The notes beneath the pieces are model-generated. The model searched no databases. It was not told where the DNA came from and worked only from the letters and a program-made list of their open reading frames with translations. This document shows positions 44,029 through 53,493 of a stretch of 64,000 nucleotides of DNA, one piece after another (the stretch's first letter is position 1; each line of letters begins with the position of its first letter). This stretch comes from Escherichia coli (GTDB lineage Bacteria > Pseudomonadota > Gammaproteobacteria > Enterobacterales > Enterobacteriaceae). The stretch is from NCBI RefSeq assembly GCF_050920415.1, contig NZ_CP169309.1; one strand, given 5' to 3'. The position numbers and the translations under genes are program-made.

Positions 44029-45114
44029 TTAACGCAAAATAATTTTGCAAATCGCGTCGGCAACCTGTGGCGTGGTGGCATTGCCTTTCATATCAGGTGT
44101 TTTCGGCCCGTGAGCAATCACTTCTTCAATCGCGGCCAGAATACCGTTATGCGCTTGCTGGAAACGCTCATCGCCATTGCCGAGAAAATCGAGCATCATT
44201 GCACCGGCCCAAATCGTGGCGATAGGGTTAGCAATATTTTTCCCGTAGATATCCGGCGCGGAACCGTGGACTGGCTCGAAGAGCGACGGGAAAGTGCGTT
44301 CCGGATTCAGGTTGGCGGATGGGGCAATGCCAATGGTGCCGGTGCAGGCCGGGCCAAGATCGGAAAGGATATCGCCAAACAAATTGGACGCCACTACCAC
44401 ATCGAAGCGTTCCGGCTGCATCACAAAACGTGCGCAGAGAATGTCAATATGCTGCTTGTCCCAGCGGATCTCCGGGTAATTCTCAGCCATTGCTTCCACT
44501 CGCTCATCCCAATACGGCATGCTGATGGCTAAACCGTTCGATTTAGTGGCAGAAGTTAGCGTCTTACGTGGGCGGCTTTGCGCAAGTTCAAAGGCATAGC
44601 GCAAAATACGATCGACACCACGACGAGTAAATACCGATTCCTGAATGACGACTTCATGCTCTGTACCTTCATTCACTCTACCGCCGAGCGAGGAATATTC
44701 GCCTTCGGTGTTTTCCCTGACCACGTAAAAATCGATGTCGCCAGGCTGTTTTCCCGCCAGCGGGCAGGGAACGCCAGGAAAGAGACGAACCGGGCGCAGG
44801 TTGACGTACTGGTCGAACTCACGACGAAATTTCAGCAGCGAACCCCACAACGAAATATGGTCCGGAACGGTATCCGGCCAGCCGGCGGCACCAAAATAGA
44901 TGGCGTCGAAACGGCTAAGTTGCTCATGCCAGTCGTCCGGCATCATTTTACCGTGATGGCTGTAATACTCGCAGCTCGCCCACTCCATTTGCTCAAAACT
45001 CAAGGCGAAGCCCCAGCGCTCAGCGGCAGCCTGTAACACGCGAATCCCTTCAGGAAGGACTTCTTTGCCAATCCCGTCTCCCGGGATCGCAGCAATACGC
45101 ATCGTTTTCATCAT
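44029..45114 (-). CDS. dmlA: D-malate dehydrogenase (decarboxylating)
   Basis: ORF 361 aa MMKTMRIAAIPGDGIGKEV...; isocitrate/isopropylmalate dehydrogenase family. Confidence 0.9.
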   Translation of the reverse strand: MMKTMRIAAIPGDGIGKEVLPEGIRVLQAAAERWGFALSFEQMEWASCEYYSHHGKMMPDDWHEQLSRFDAIYFGAAGWPDTVPDHISLWGSLLKFRREFDQYVNLRPVRLFPGVPCPLAGKQPGDIDFYVVRENTEGEYSSLGGRVNEGTEHEVVIQESVFTRRGVDRILRYAFELAQSRPRKTLTSATKSNGLAISMPYWDERVEAMAENYPEIRWDKQHIDILCARFVMQPERFDVVVASNLFGDILSDLGPACTGTIGIAPSANLNPERTFPSLFEPVHGSAPDIYGKNIANPIATIWAGAMMLDFLGNGDERFQQAHNGILAAIEEVIAHGPKTPDMKGNATTPQVADAICKIILR

Positions 45115-45216
45115 TGGGTTCTCACTTCCTGACCATCAAAATTGACAACCTCACCATCCTATAATTGACTGAAAAGGAATTAATCCCCGCAACTGGTGAA
45201 ACATAAAACACGAATC

Positions 45217-46140
45217 ATGAATAATTTACCGCTGCTGAACGATTTGCGCGTCTTTATGCTGGTGGCTCGCCGGGCTGGTTTTGCCGCTGTGGCGGAAGAA
45301 TTGGGTGTTTCACCGGCTTTTGTCAGCAAACGCATTGCCTTGCTGGAACAAACGCTAAATGTGGTGTTGTTACACCGTACCACCCGCCGCGTCACCATTA
45401 CCGAAGAAGGAGAGCGGATTTATGAATGGGCGCAGCGGATTTTGCAGGATGTCGGCCAGATGATGGACGAACTTTCTGACGTGCGTCAGGTGCCGCAGGG
45501 GATGCTGCGTATTATCAGCAGCTTTGGTTTTGGACGACAGGTAGTGGCTCCGGCGTTATCAGCGCTGGCGAAAGCGTATCCGCAACTGGAATTACGTTTT
45601 GATGTGGAAGACCGGTTGGTCGATTTGGTCAATGAAGGTGTCGATCTCGACATTCGCATTGGCGATGACATCGCCCCTAATTTAATCGCCCGCAAACTGG
45701 CGACCAATTACCGTATTCTCTGCGCATCGCCGGAATTTATTGCGCAATATGGCACGCCGAAACATTTAACCGACCTTTCTGCATTGCCGTGCCTGGTCAT
45801 TAAAGAGCGCGATCATCCTTTTGGTATCTGGCAATTACGCAATAAAGAAGGCCACCATGCGATTAAAGTCACCGGCCCGCTGTCGTCTAATCATGGAGAA
45901 ATTGTTCATCAGTGGTGTCTTGATGGTCAGGGGATTGCGCTACGCTCCTGGTGGGATGTCAGCGAAAATATTGCCAGTGGTCATTTAGTGCAAGTGCTAC
46001 CGGAGTATTACCAGCCAGCAAATGTCTGGGCCGTTTATGTTTCAAGGCTGGCGACGTCAGCGAAAGTGCGGATAACGGTAGAATTTTTACGCCAGTATTT
46101 TGCCGAGCACTACCCGAATTTTTCACTGGAGCATGCCTGA
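45217..46140 (+). CDS. dmlR: LysR-family regulator DmlR
   Basis: ORF 45196..46140; start at MNNLPLLNDLRVF... gives 307 aa; divergent from dmlA. Confidence 0.9.
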   Translation: MNNLPLLNDLRVFMLVARRAGFAAVAEELGVSPAFVSKRIALLEQTLNVVLLHRTTRRVTITEEGERIYEWAQRILQDVGQMMDELSDVRQVPQGMLRIISSFGFGRQVVAPALSALAKAYPQLELRFDVEDRLVDLVNEGVDLDIRIGDDIAPNLIARKLATNYRILCASPEFIAQYGTPKHLTDLSALPCLVIKERDHPFGIWQLRNKEGHHAIKVTGPLSSNHGEIVHQWCLDGQGIALRSWWDVSENIASGHLVQVLPEYYQPANVWAVYVSRLATSAKVRITVEFLRQYFAEHYPNFSLEHA

Positions 46141-46197
46141 TTAATGATTCAATTATCGGGTTGATATCGGGTTAAAACCTGATTTTCTCCTTTCTAA

Positions 46198-46905
<708 letters not shown>

Positions 46906-46912
46906 TGCTTTC

Positions 46913-46932
46913 AGCCCGCGTTATCGCGGGCT
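46913..46932 (+). terminator. candidate terminator of leuE
   Basis: stem AGCCCGCG / CGCGGGCT, loop TTAT; weak T-tract. Confidence 0.5.
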
Positions 46933-46988
46933 TCCTGCCTGTAATCTTTCCTTATTCATCGCTGATACGGTGCTAAAAAGTAACCAAT

Positions 46989-47011
46989 AAATGGTATTTA
47001 AAATGCAAATT
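46989..47011. promoter_or_regulatory. candidate NsrR operator upstream of yeaR
   Basis: AAATGGTATTT-A-AAATGCAAATT resembles the 11-1-11 NsrR inverted repeat (AAGATGCATTT-N-AAATGCATCTT); ~70 nt upstream of yeaR. Confidence 0.45.
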
Positions 47012-47077
47012 ATCAGGCGTACCCTGAAACGGCTGAAATAAACTGTTTTCAGCACATTCATCGAAGGAGGGAAAAGG

Positions 47078-47437
47078 ATGCTGCAAATCCCACAGAATTA
47101 TATTCATACGCGCTCAACGCCTTTCTGGAATAAACAAACTGCGCCTGCCGGAATATTCGAACGTCATCTTGATAAAGGAACGCGCCCGGGGGTATACCCA
47201 CGCCTTTCCGTTATGCATGGGGCGGTCAAATATCTCGGCTACGCTGATGAACACAGTGCAGAACCTGATCAGGTGATCCTTATCGAAGCGGGGCAGTTTG
47301 CGGTGTTTCCGCCAGAAAAGTGGCACAACATTGAAACCATGACTGACGATACTTATTTCAACATTGACTTCTTCGTTGCTCCTGAAGTCCTGATGGAAGG
47401 CGCGCAACAACGGAAAGTCATTCATAACGGGAAATGA
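47078..47437 (+). CDS. yeaR: DUF1971 protein YeaR
   Basis: ORF 119 aa. Confidence 0.9.
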   Translation: MLQIPQNYIHTRSTPFWNKQTAPAGIFERHLDKGTRPGVYPRLSVMHGAVKYLGYADEHSAEPDQVILIEAGQFAVFPPEKWHNIETMTDDTYFNIDFFVAPEVLMEGAQQRKVIHNGK

Positions 47438-47440
47438 ATC

Positions 47441-47623
47441 ATGGGCAAAGCAACGTATACCGTGACCGTTACCAATAACAGCAATGGTGTTTCTGTCGAT
47501 TATGAAACAGAGACGCCGATGACTTTGCTGGTGCCAGAAGTGGCGGCTGAAGTGATAAAAGATCTGGTGAATACCGTGCGTTCTTATGACACGGAAAACG
47601 AACATGATGTTTGTGGTTGGTAA
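47441..47623 (+). CDS. yoaG: DUF1869 protein YoaG
   Basis: ORF 60 aa, 3 nt downstream of yeaR. Confidence 0.85.
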   Translation: MGKATYTVTVTNNSNGVSVDYETETPMTLLVPEVAAEVIKDLVNTVRSYDTENEHDVCGW

Positions 47624-47770
47624 TTATCACTGATCGTAGATGGCGCAATTTCTGCGCCATCGCAAAAAAATCCTCCGTGATGCTTGTCACAAATCTTGCC
47701 CTCCTGATGTTGTGCTATGCTTTTTATCAGCGACTAACCCGCTAATGCAAAACAGATAAGTGAGGAAACA

Positions 47771-48019
47771 ATGGGCATTCTGTCATGGATTATTTTTGGG
47801 CTTATTGCCGGTATTCTGGCGAAGTGGATCATGCCAGGTAAAGATGGTGGTGGATTCTTTATGACTATCCTGCTGGGAATAGTCGGTGCCGTAGTCGGCG
47901 GATGGATCAGCACGCTGTTTGGCTTTGGTAAAGTCGATGGCTTCAATTTTGGCAGCTTCGTGGTTGCCGTTATTGGTGCGATTGTCGTGCTGTTTATCTA
48001 CAGAAAGATCAAAAGTTAA
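47771..48019 (+). CDS. yeaQ: GlsB/YeaQ/YmgE-family small membrane protein
   Basis: ORF 82 aa, Gly-rich TM helices. Confidence 0.85.
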   Translation: MGILSWIIFGLIAGILAKWIMPGKDGGGFFMTILLGIVGAVVGGWISTLFGFGKVDGFNFGSFVVAVIGAIVVLFIYRKIKS

Positions 48020-48032
48020 CGCGTAAATTGCA

Positions 48033-48067
48033 CAAAGGCTGCACACAGGCAGCCTTTGCTATTTTTT
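48033..48067 (+). terminator. intrinsic terminator of yeaQ
   Basis: stem CAAAGGCTGC / GCAGCCTTTG followed by CTATTTTTT. Confidence 0.8.
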
Positions 48068-48077
48068 AGATGTGACG

Positions 48078-48152
48078 TTACCACCATCCCAACTCAGTGC
48101 CGAGAACGACAATAATCGCTACGCCCATCATAATAATCGTTGTTTTTTTCAT
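48078..48152 (-). CDS. yoaJ: small membrane protein YoaJ
   Basis: 24-codon ORF MKKTTIIMMGVAIIVVLGTELGWW read by eye on minus strand; not in ORF track. Confidence 0.7.
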   Translation of the reverse strand: MKKTTIIMMGVAIIVVLGTELGWW

Positions 48153-48154
48153 CT

Positions 48155-48253
48155 TTATGCTCCCGGGGCAGCATAGCCGCCAATAAAAAACCATGCTAAA
48201 AATACGACCGCTGTAATAAAGATTACAACCGGAAAAATAATACCGATTCGCAT
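48155..48253 (-). CDS. yoaK: small membrane protein YoaK
   Basis: 32-codon ORF MRIGIIFPVVIFITAVVFLAWFFIGGYAAPGA read by eye; stop 2 nt before the yoaJ ATG. Confidence 0.7.
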   Translation of the reverse strand: MRIGIIFPVVIFITAVVFLAWFFIGGYAAPGA

Positions 48254-48285
48254 GTTATCACCAATCAAAAGGATGTGAATACGCC

Positions 48286-49311
48286 TCAGGAATGTAGCAC
48301 TGAATGCGCGACAAAAGGTGTTTTCTGTTTGTGTTTTTTCTCCTGATACATCGCGATATCGGCAGCATGCAGGGCGCTGTCTGCATCGGTCGTTTCAGGA
48401 TCGACTTCTACTATGCCAAGACTGGCACCAGGATAATACAAATCAACATCACCTAAGTGATATTCTCCGCGTATTTGCTGTTGAATACGTTCTCGCAGCG
48501 ATGGAATATCCGCATTCTCATTGTTCAGTGAAACAACCAAAAACTCATCACCGCCGAGACGACCAATAACTTCGCCATTTTGCTGGAGCGTATTAAGGCG
48601 CTCGCCAACCTGAATAAGAAACAGATCGCCACTATTATGACCAAAACGATCATTGATTAATTTGAAGTTATCCAGATCGATAAATGCGATCATTATCTTA
48701 TGGTTAAGATGCCGGGCGAGGGAAAACAGCGTCGTCAGATTTTCAAAAATCGCCCGCCGATTTGGTAACCCGGTTAACGAGTCGGTATACGATTGCGCAA
48801 TCAGCGCGGCATTGGCTTCGCGCAGCTGTTCTACCAGCGCCTCTTTTTGAATATATTGTGCAATCAGTCCGGCGAATAACTGCAAAACCTGTTCCGCGCG
48901 TTCACTCCACTGGCGCTTCTCACTGCTGGCGGCGCAAAGCGTGCCATAGAATGATCCATCCGGTAAGTGAATTGGCGTGCTCAGAAATGTGGTGATGCCA
49001 AGATTGCGTGCCGCAATACAGTCGCCCCAACGGTCGGGGACTTCATCGCTGAAAAAGCAGTTTTCATCAATGGCGCGTTTGCATAACGAGTAATCCCACG
49101 AGACGGTAAAATTCTCCGGGATGTGCATTTTCTGGCTGTTACGGGCAAACATTATATGCTGCAGGCGCGCTTCGACATCCACTTTGGTCAGGTAGGTTGA
49201 TTCCATATCAGTGACCATTTCCAGCATCTCCAGAAGCTGTCGGACCAGACTTTCCAGTGACTGTTCTTTGGCAAGGGATTGCGAGACGCGGGCGATAATC
49301 TGATCTGACAC
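48286..49311 (-). CDS. dgcP: diguanylate cyclase DgcP
   Basis: ORF 48286..49440; GTG start giving (M)SDQIIARVSQ..., 341 aa; GAF-like N-domain and GGDEF motif RLGGDEFLVV. Confidence 0.9.
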   Translation of the reverse strand: MSDQIIARVSQSLAKEQSLESLVRQLLEMLEMVTDMESTYLTKVDVEARLQHIMFARNSQKMHIPENFTVSWDYSLCKRAIDENCFFSDEVPDRWGDCIAARNLGITTFLSTPIHLPDGSFYGTLCAASSEKRQWSERAEQVLQLFAGLIAQYIQKEALVEQLREANAALIAQSYTDSLTGLPNRRAIFENLTTLFSLARHLNHKIMIAFIDLDNFKLINDRFGHNSGDLFLIQVGERLNTLQQNGEVIGRLGGDEFLVVSLNNENADIPSLRERIQQQIRGEYHLGDVDLYYPGASLGIVEVDPETTDADSALHAADIAMYQEKKHKQKTPFVAHSVLHS

Positions 49312-49493
49312 GAAACAACTCCAGGATACGGCGGGTAAATGCTGATTATTTAATCTTTGCAGGCATGATAAAACATCATCAACAAAGATGAAACAAGGCG
49401 TAATATGATTTGAGTGAATGTAATAAAAATAGTGCTGCAAAACAAAACGATACCGCGATACTCTAAGCCTGGATAAATATGTGAGATCAATAA

Positions 49494-49748
49494 ATGAAAA
49501 TTATCAGTTTTGTTCTGCCTTGCTTGCTGGTCCTGGCTGGTTGTTCAACCCCTTCTCAGCCAGAAGCACCTAAACCGCCGCAGATTGGTATGGCAAATCC
49601 GGCGTCGGTCTATTGCCAGCAGAAGGGCGGGACGCTCATTCCTGTGCAGACAGCGCAAGGGGTCAGCAACAATTGCAAATTACCGGGCGGTGAAACGATT
49701 GATGAATGGGCATTGTGGCGACGGGACCATCCGGCTGGTGAAAAATAA
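49494..49748 (+). CDS. yoaF: DUF333 lipoprotein YoaF
   Basis: ORF 84 aa with lipobox LAGC. Confidence 0.85.
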   Translation: MKIISFVLPCLLVLAGCSTPSQPEAPKPPQIGMANPASVYCQQKGGTLIPVQTAQGVSNNCKLPGGETIDEWALWRRDHPAGEK

Positions 49749-49769
49749 CCGCCGGATGCTGCACTAAAA

Positions 49770-50117
49770 TCACAAGCTACGTAGCCAGTCGGCCAGCACC
49801 AGCGCATGGTTCTGCGTGGTGTTTTTTGCTGAGTAGAGCAGGGTCAGCGGCTGTTTTTTGGCGATGTCTGCCAGCCGCTTTCCTTCTTGCTCGTGTTGCG
49901 TCAGTTCTGCAAGATATTGCTCGCGAAAGGTTGCAAAATCGACGACTTCGCCGTGAAAGGCTTTGCGCAGTTCCGTTGACGGCGTGATTTCTTTATCCCA
50001 CTCATCAAGGGCTAAATCGGTTTTTTTGATACCGCGTGGCCAGAGGCGGTCGACCAGTACGCGATAACCATCGCTCTGTTCAGCCGGATCATAAACGCGT
50101 TTGCACTGAATATTCAT
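49770..50117 (-). CDS. yeaO: DUF488 protein YeaO
   Basis: ORF 49770..50138; start at MNIQCKRVYD... gives 115 aa. Confidence 0.85.
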   Translation of the reverse strand: MNIQCKRVYDPAEQSDGYRVLVDRLWPRGIKKTDLALDEWDKEITPSTELRKAFHGEVVDFATFREQYLAELTQHEQEGKRLADIAKKQPLTLLYSAKNTTQNHALVLADWLRSL

Positions 50118-50171
50118 CGTATTTGTTCTCCCTTTCACGCATGATTTGTCACGTCACTATAGCACCGGATA

Positions 50172-51353
50172 TTAGCGAATTTCTTTGTCTCTCCCGGCGC
50201 AAAGTCCGAAAATCGCCATCAGTAGTGAAAGTATTGCAACACCCATCAGTGGTACGGACCAGTCACCGTTAGCATCGTGTATTTTACCCATCAGTGGCGG
50301 CCCACAGGCTGCCAGCAAATACCCGACGGATTGTGCCATCCCCGAGAGTGCCGCCGCCTGATGCGCAGAACTTGCCCGCAGACCAATGAACGTCAACCCC
50401 AGTATCATTGTTGCGCCGGAACCAAAACCGAAAAGCAGAGTCCAGGTGATCGCGTGTGCTGGCATAAAGCAGAGCCCAACCGCGCCCACTGCGCACATCA
50501 AGGCAACGAACGCTGCAATACCACGCTGATCTTTCACATGATGTAAGAAAAGTGGGATCAGCAAGCCGGGAGCTGCTGTGGCTAGTTGCAGCAAACCATG
50601 CAGTGAACCCGCCTGTGCTTCGCTATAGCCGTGACTGATGAGGATCGCCGGAAGCCAGCCAATAATCACGTAATAGACCAGTGAGTTGATCCCAAGAAAC
50701 AATGTCACCTGCCAGGCAAGCGGCGAACGCCAGATACCCCGAGTATGTAAGGCGCGTGAGGTACTCAAATTTGCATGTTGTTGACTTCGCCACTGTGGCA
50801 GCCATAAAAAAAGAGCCAGCAGAGGAAAACACATCAGCATGAGCAACGCGCCTTGCCAGCCAAAACCGTTCAAAGCCAGCGGCACTACCATAGCCGATCC
50901 CAGTGCCGCCGCAGCTCCCATTGTCAGGGAATATGCGCCGGTAAGTCTGGCGACGGAATGAGGGAAATCGCGTTTAATTAATCCTGGCAGTAAGACATTG
51001 CCTAATGCAATCCCACCGCCAATGACCGCTGTACCGCCAAATAATAAGTAAGGCGAAGGGAGAGAGCGAATTGCAATACCAGCACAGATCAAAAGTAACG
51101 CGGCAAACAGGCTACGTTCCATACCAAAACGTCGCGCCACCGGGGCGGCCAGCGGTGAGATTAGCGCAAAGGCTAATAATGGCAGGGTGGTCAATAAGCC
51201 GGTTTGCGCCGTCGTTAGCGAGTAAGCGGAACGAATCGTATCCAGTAACGGTGCTGCGCCGGTAAAGGTGACGCGTAATGTTGTGGCAATCATCAGAATG
51301 CCAGCGATAAGGACAATCCTGTTTTTACCGCTTAATGAAGTTGAACAGGTCAT
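50172..51353 (-). CDS. nimT: MFS exporter NimT
   Basis: ORF 393 aa, 12-TM MFS. Confidence 0.9.
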   Translation of the reverse strand: MTCSTSLSGKNRIVLIAGILMIATTLRVTFTGAAPLLDTIRSAYSLTTAQTGLLTTLPLLAFALISPLAAPVARRFGMERSLFAALLLICAGIAIRSLPSPYLLFGGTAVIGGGIALGNVLLPGLIKRDFPHSVARLTGAYSLTMGAAAALGSAMVVPLALNGFGWQGALLMLMCFPLLALFLWLPQWRSQQHANLSTSRALHTRGIWRSPLAWQVTLFLGINSLVYYVIIGWLPAILISHGYSEAQAGSLHGLLQLATAAPGLLIPLFLHHVKDQRGIAAFVALMCAVGAVGLCFMPAHAITWTLLFGFGSGATMILGLTFIGLRASSAHQAAALSGMAQSVGYLLAACGPPLMGKIHDANGDWSVPLMGVAILSLLMAIFGLCAGRDKEIR

Positions 51354-51449
51354 ATGCTTCTCATTGTCACAAACGAGGCTGTACCTTACCGTTTTTATTG
51401 TTATGTTGAATCAAGCTAAAATGACAAAATATCGCTAAATTCTGACAAA

Positions 51450-52271
51450 ATGATGCACAGGTTGAATCTCAATGGCTATGAACCCGACCGACACCATGAA
51501 GCCGCGGTCGCATTTTGTATTCACGCCGGAACGGATGAGTTAACCAGTCCTGTACATCAGCACCGCAAAGGGCAGCTGATACTGGCGCTACATGGTGCAA
51601 TTACCTGTACGGTGGAAAATGCGTTGTGGATGGTGCCGCCGCAATATGCGGTTTGGATACCGGGAGGGGTGGAACATAGCAATCAAGTGACAGCTAACGC
51701 TGAACTCTGTTTTTTGTTTATAGAGCCCAGCGCAGTGACAATGCCGACAACATGTTGCACATTGAAAATATCGCCCTTATGCCGGGAATTAATTTTAACC
51801 CTGGCAAACAGGACGACGACTCAGCGTGCTGAGCCGATGACCCGCAGATTAATTCAGGTCCTGTTTGATGAACTCCCTCAGCAGCCACAACAACAGCTGC
51901 ACCTGCCCGTTTCTTCTCATCCTAAAATCCGCACGATGGTGGAGATGATGGCGAAAGAGCCCGTTGAGTGGGGCTCATTGGGGCAATGGGCTGGCTTTTT
52001 TGCGATGAGTGAACGCAATCTTGCCCGGCTGATAGTGAAAGAGACGGGGTTGAGTTTTCGCCAGTGGCGTCAGCAGTTACAGCTGATTATGGCGCTTCAG
52101 GGATTAGTGAAAGGCGATACTGTACAGAAAGTTGCTCATACGCTGGGGTATGATTCAACAACGGCCTTTATTACTATGTTTAAGAAAGGCCTGGGGCAAA
52201 CGCCAGGCCGATATATTGCGGGATTAACTACTGTTTCCCCACAATCAGCGAAACCAGACCCGCGGCAATAA
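51450..52271 (+). CDS. nimR: AraC-family regulator NimR
   Basis: ORF 273 aa; cupin-like N-domain and AraC HTH C-domain. Confidence 0.9.
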
Positions 52272-52674
52272 GCGGGCCAACCGGTACGCCGCGAAACAGC
52301 GCCACGCCCAAAACAGTGCCCACCAGCAGCCCGGCGACCAGTTGCGGCTGGCTGCCCATTAACGTCACGCCGCGCCCACCTAGCCAGGAGACAATAACGC
52401 CTACTGCAATTGCCACCAGCGATTTCCAGTTCAGAAACGAGTGAATCAGGGTTGAGGGCGGTAGCGTCCCGCTGGCGATGGGGGCCATAACGCCAATCGT
52501 CAGAATGATTATCCCGATACTTAGCCCCTGTTTTTCAATCCACGGGAAAAAGGTGCTTAACGGTGTGACGCGGACAATGATTAACACCAGAATTGAAACG
52601 GCCACAGTGGTGTTATGACTGATAAAGCCCAGCGCAGCTAACCCGAGCAGGATCAGCAAAGTGACATCAAACAT
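52228..52674 (-). CDS. yeaL: UPF0756 membrane protein YeaL
   Basis: ORF 148 aa; 3' end overlaps nimR 3' end by 44 nt. Confidence 0.85.
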
Positions 52675-52842
52675 CGTGGTTTCCTTGCCAAAAAATAATA
52701 AGCCTGCTTACTTTACGCTTGCTGCAGGAAGGAAGTAGAAAATCTTTACGTTTTTTGCATAAAAAATCAGGCGAACTGTCATCAAACTGCCATTTGTACA
52801 CGCTATCAATAACGTGAAAACAGTTATCTCCCGGGGCATACC

Positions 52843-52947
52843 ATGAACGATCAAATGTTCGTTGAGACACTGATTATCACGTCATCGTTTTTTGTTATTG
52901 CTGTTGTGCTGGTTTTGTCCGTTCTGCTTATTGAACGGACAGGCTAG
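52843..52947 (+). CDS. yoaI: small membrane protein YoaI
   Basis: 34-codon [37 protein letters not shown] read by eye; not in ORF track. Confidence 0.7.
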   Translation: MNDQMFVETLIITSSFFVIAVVLVLSVLLIERTG

Positions 52948-53451
52948 TTACGCAGTGCGGCGGAAATTGACCAGTTCTGGTTGCGCAATGCGCAAATAAT
53001 CCGCAGTTTTCAAAATAACGGATTTATTCAGCATGCCTGCATTAAAGGCGATTTCATCGAATCGCTCGAAGAGCAATGGGTCGGCGACCAGTTTGAGTTT
53101 TGGATGGAAGCTGAAAGGGGGGATCGCGCCGAAGACACAGCCTGTGAGTTCATCGACTTCCGCCGGGCTGGCCAACGAAGCGCGTAATCCGCCTATATGG
53201 CTGGCGAGTTGGCTCAGATCGGCCTGTTGATCGGCCGCGAGGATCGCCAGAACATGTTGATTTACACCATTGCCTTTGACTTTACATACCAGTGCCTTAG
53301 CCCCCTGGCCTAAAGCGGTGCCACGAATTTCTGACACCGCTTCACATTTACCTACCGCTTCATGGGTAACGACGCGGAAGTCAGCACCTTCTTGTGATAA
53401 TAAAGCGATTAACCGCTGATGCGTCACGCTTCCTTTAGCCATTTCAGTCAT
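52948..53451 (-). CDS. yeaK: YbaK/ProX-family aminoacyl-tRNA deacylase
   Basis: ORF 167 aa. Confidence 0.9.
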   Translation of the reverse strand: MTEMAKGSVTHQRLIALLSQEGADFRVVTHEAVGKCEAVSEIRGTALGQGAKALVCKVKGNGVNQHVLAILAADQQADLSQLASHIGGLRASLASPAEVDELTGCVFGAIPPFSFHPKLKLVADPLLFERFDEIAFNAGMLNKSVILKTADYLRIAQPELVNFRRTA

Positions 53452-53493
53452 TTCATGCTCCTGAGATTACAAGCAAACAACCACAGAAGGTTA

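Noticed and set aside
47639-47668. Hairpin GATGGCGCA...TGCGCCATC after yoaG
   Set aside because: Followed by an A-run, not a T-run, on the plus strand, and preceded by the T-run on the minus strand, so it does not fit an intrinsic terminator in either orientation; left unannotated.
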